A stretch of DNA of 64,000 nucleotides, taken from Podarcis cretensis. Lineage: Eukaryota. Shown here piece after piece: positions 62,980 to 64,000 of this stretch. The stretch's first letter is position 1. Every line of letters begins with the position of its first letter. Where the stretch lies: assembly GCA_951804945.1 (NCBI GenBank), contig OX638164.1:23932001-23996000 (forward strand), in the 5' to 3' direction. The notes beneath the pieces are model-generated. The model saw only the letters and a program-made list of their open reading frames with translations. It did not search any database and was not told the DNA's origin. The translations under genes were made by a program, and so were the position numbers.

Positions 62980-64000
62980 TGTATCCCCCCCTTTTAACAG
63001 ATATTAAAAAGACAAACCTGAATAAAACCATATAAAACCTGAATGAATAAAAGGAATAAGCTTCTGAATCTTCCTCACAAGATACAGACTCTTCTGCCAA
63101 TATCCACTACTACAGAGTAGGGATGCTGGATAATTTTGCTGGAAAGAGAAACAGGAGTGGAAATTGTCACAATTCACATGTTTGTCTGACGTCAGGAATG
63201 GAAATCACAGAAGCGAATATGAACGGTATTGGCTATAGTTTTTTTTACTCCACAAATATTGCATGAATACCTTAATTTCTGCATTGTTTGATGCTTTAAA
63301 TTTCCCTTCCATTGAAATTAAGCATGTGATCAATCATATATTTAATTGGTTTGTTTATTTGGGTCATAGTGGACAGCTTGACAAATAACATATGCTTTTA
63401 GCAGAAGTGAACTGCATCAGAACGGAAGTAGCACTGCTTGGGATGAACTGACGACTGGGTAGAGATAATTGTCTCTTTCAACTGCTACTGCAGAGTGAAA
63501 ATATGCAGTCATTACAGTTATATATTTATTTATCTTGTCACCTCAAAATTACAGCCTTGTGCAAGGTCCTCTCCTTATCTCTTCCTAAAATTGTTCCCTC
63601 AGCAGCCCCACCAGCCCCACACATTTGAATTGGTCTTACATCACTTGAAACCATCATGGTTTCCCTCCAAAGAATCCTTCGAGCTGTAGCTTGTTAAGGG
63701 TGCTGAGAGTTTCCAGGAGACCCCTTTCCCCCTCATAGAGCTACAATTTCCAGAGAGGTTTAACAATCAATCCCTCTTCCCAGGGAACTCCAGATAGGGA
63801 CCTTGTTTAATACACCCTGTTTAAAGCACCCTCCATATGGGTAGAAGGAAAATCTCTGCCGCCACCACCATTAGTGGTCATTTTTGTACTTATCCTTTAA
63901 GTAAGGTGGGCAGAATATATTTCTTGGTATATATTTTCTGAAGCGTATTTTAATTTATTGCTGTTGCATGCGATTGCTATTTTTATTCTTCTTGTTTAAG

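Overview
Vertebrate (squamate, most likely lacertid lizard judging by the Sauria/Squam1 SINE, Bov-B and Penelope repeats) genomic DNA. Bases ~750-23760 hold the 3' eight coding exons of TRIM29 on the + strand: the coiled-coil exons and the C-terminal tail ending SHYRPFYVNKGNGVTSNEAP*. The B-box-encoding first exon lies upstream of the window. The remaining ~40 kb looks like a repeat-rich gene desert with several homeodomain-site-dense, enhancer-like blocks. Nearly all ORFs in the supplied track are spurious or repeat-derived. Most notable observations: (1) two symmetric phase-1 TRIM29 tail exons appear in the opposite order to human TRIM29 as I recall it, plus a candidate 33-nt GC-AG microexon; (2) a TSD-flanked 2.24-kb L1 with 5'UTR and ORF1 joined at a splice-like junction to the last codons of ORF2; (3) a perfect 156-bp palindrome formed by a Penelope-type insertion folded back on a hammerhead-ribozyme stem; (4) a ~616-bp, ~99% identical non-tandem duplication 35.7 kb apart; (5) a Sauria-SINE/Bov-B chimera. 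Repeat family names and human comparisons come from memory, not from searches.
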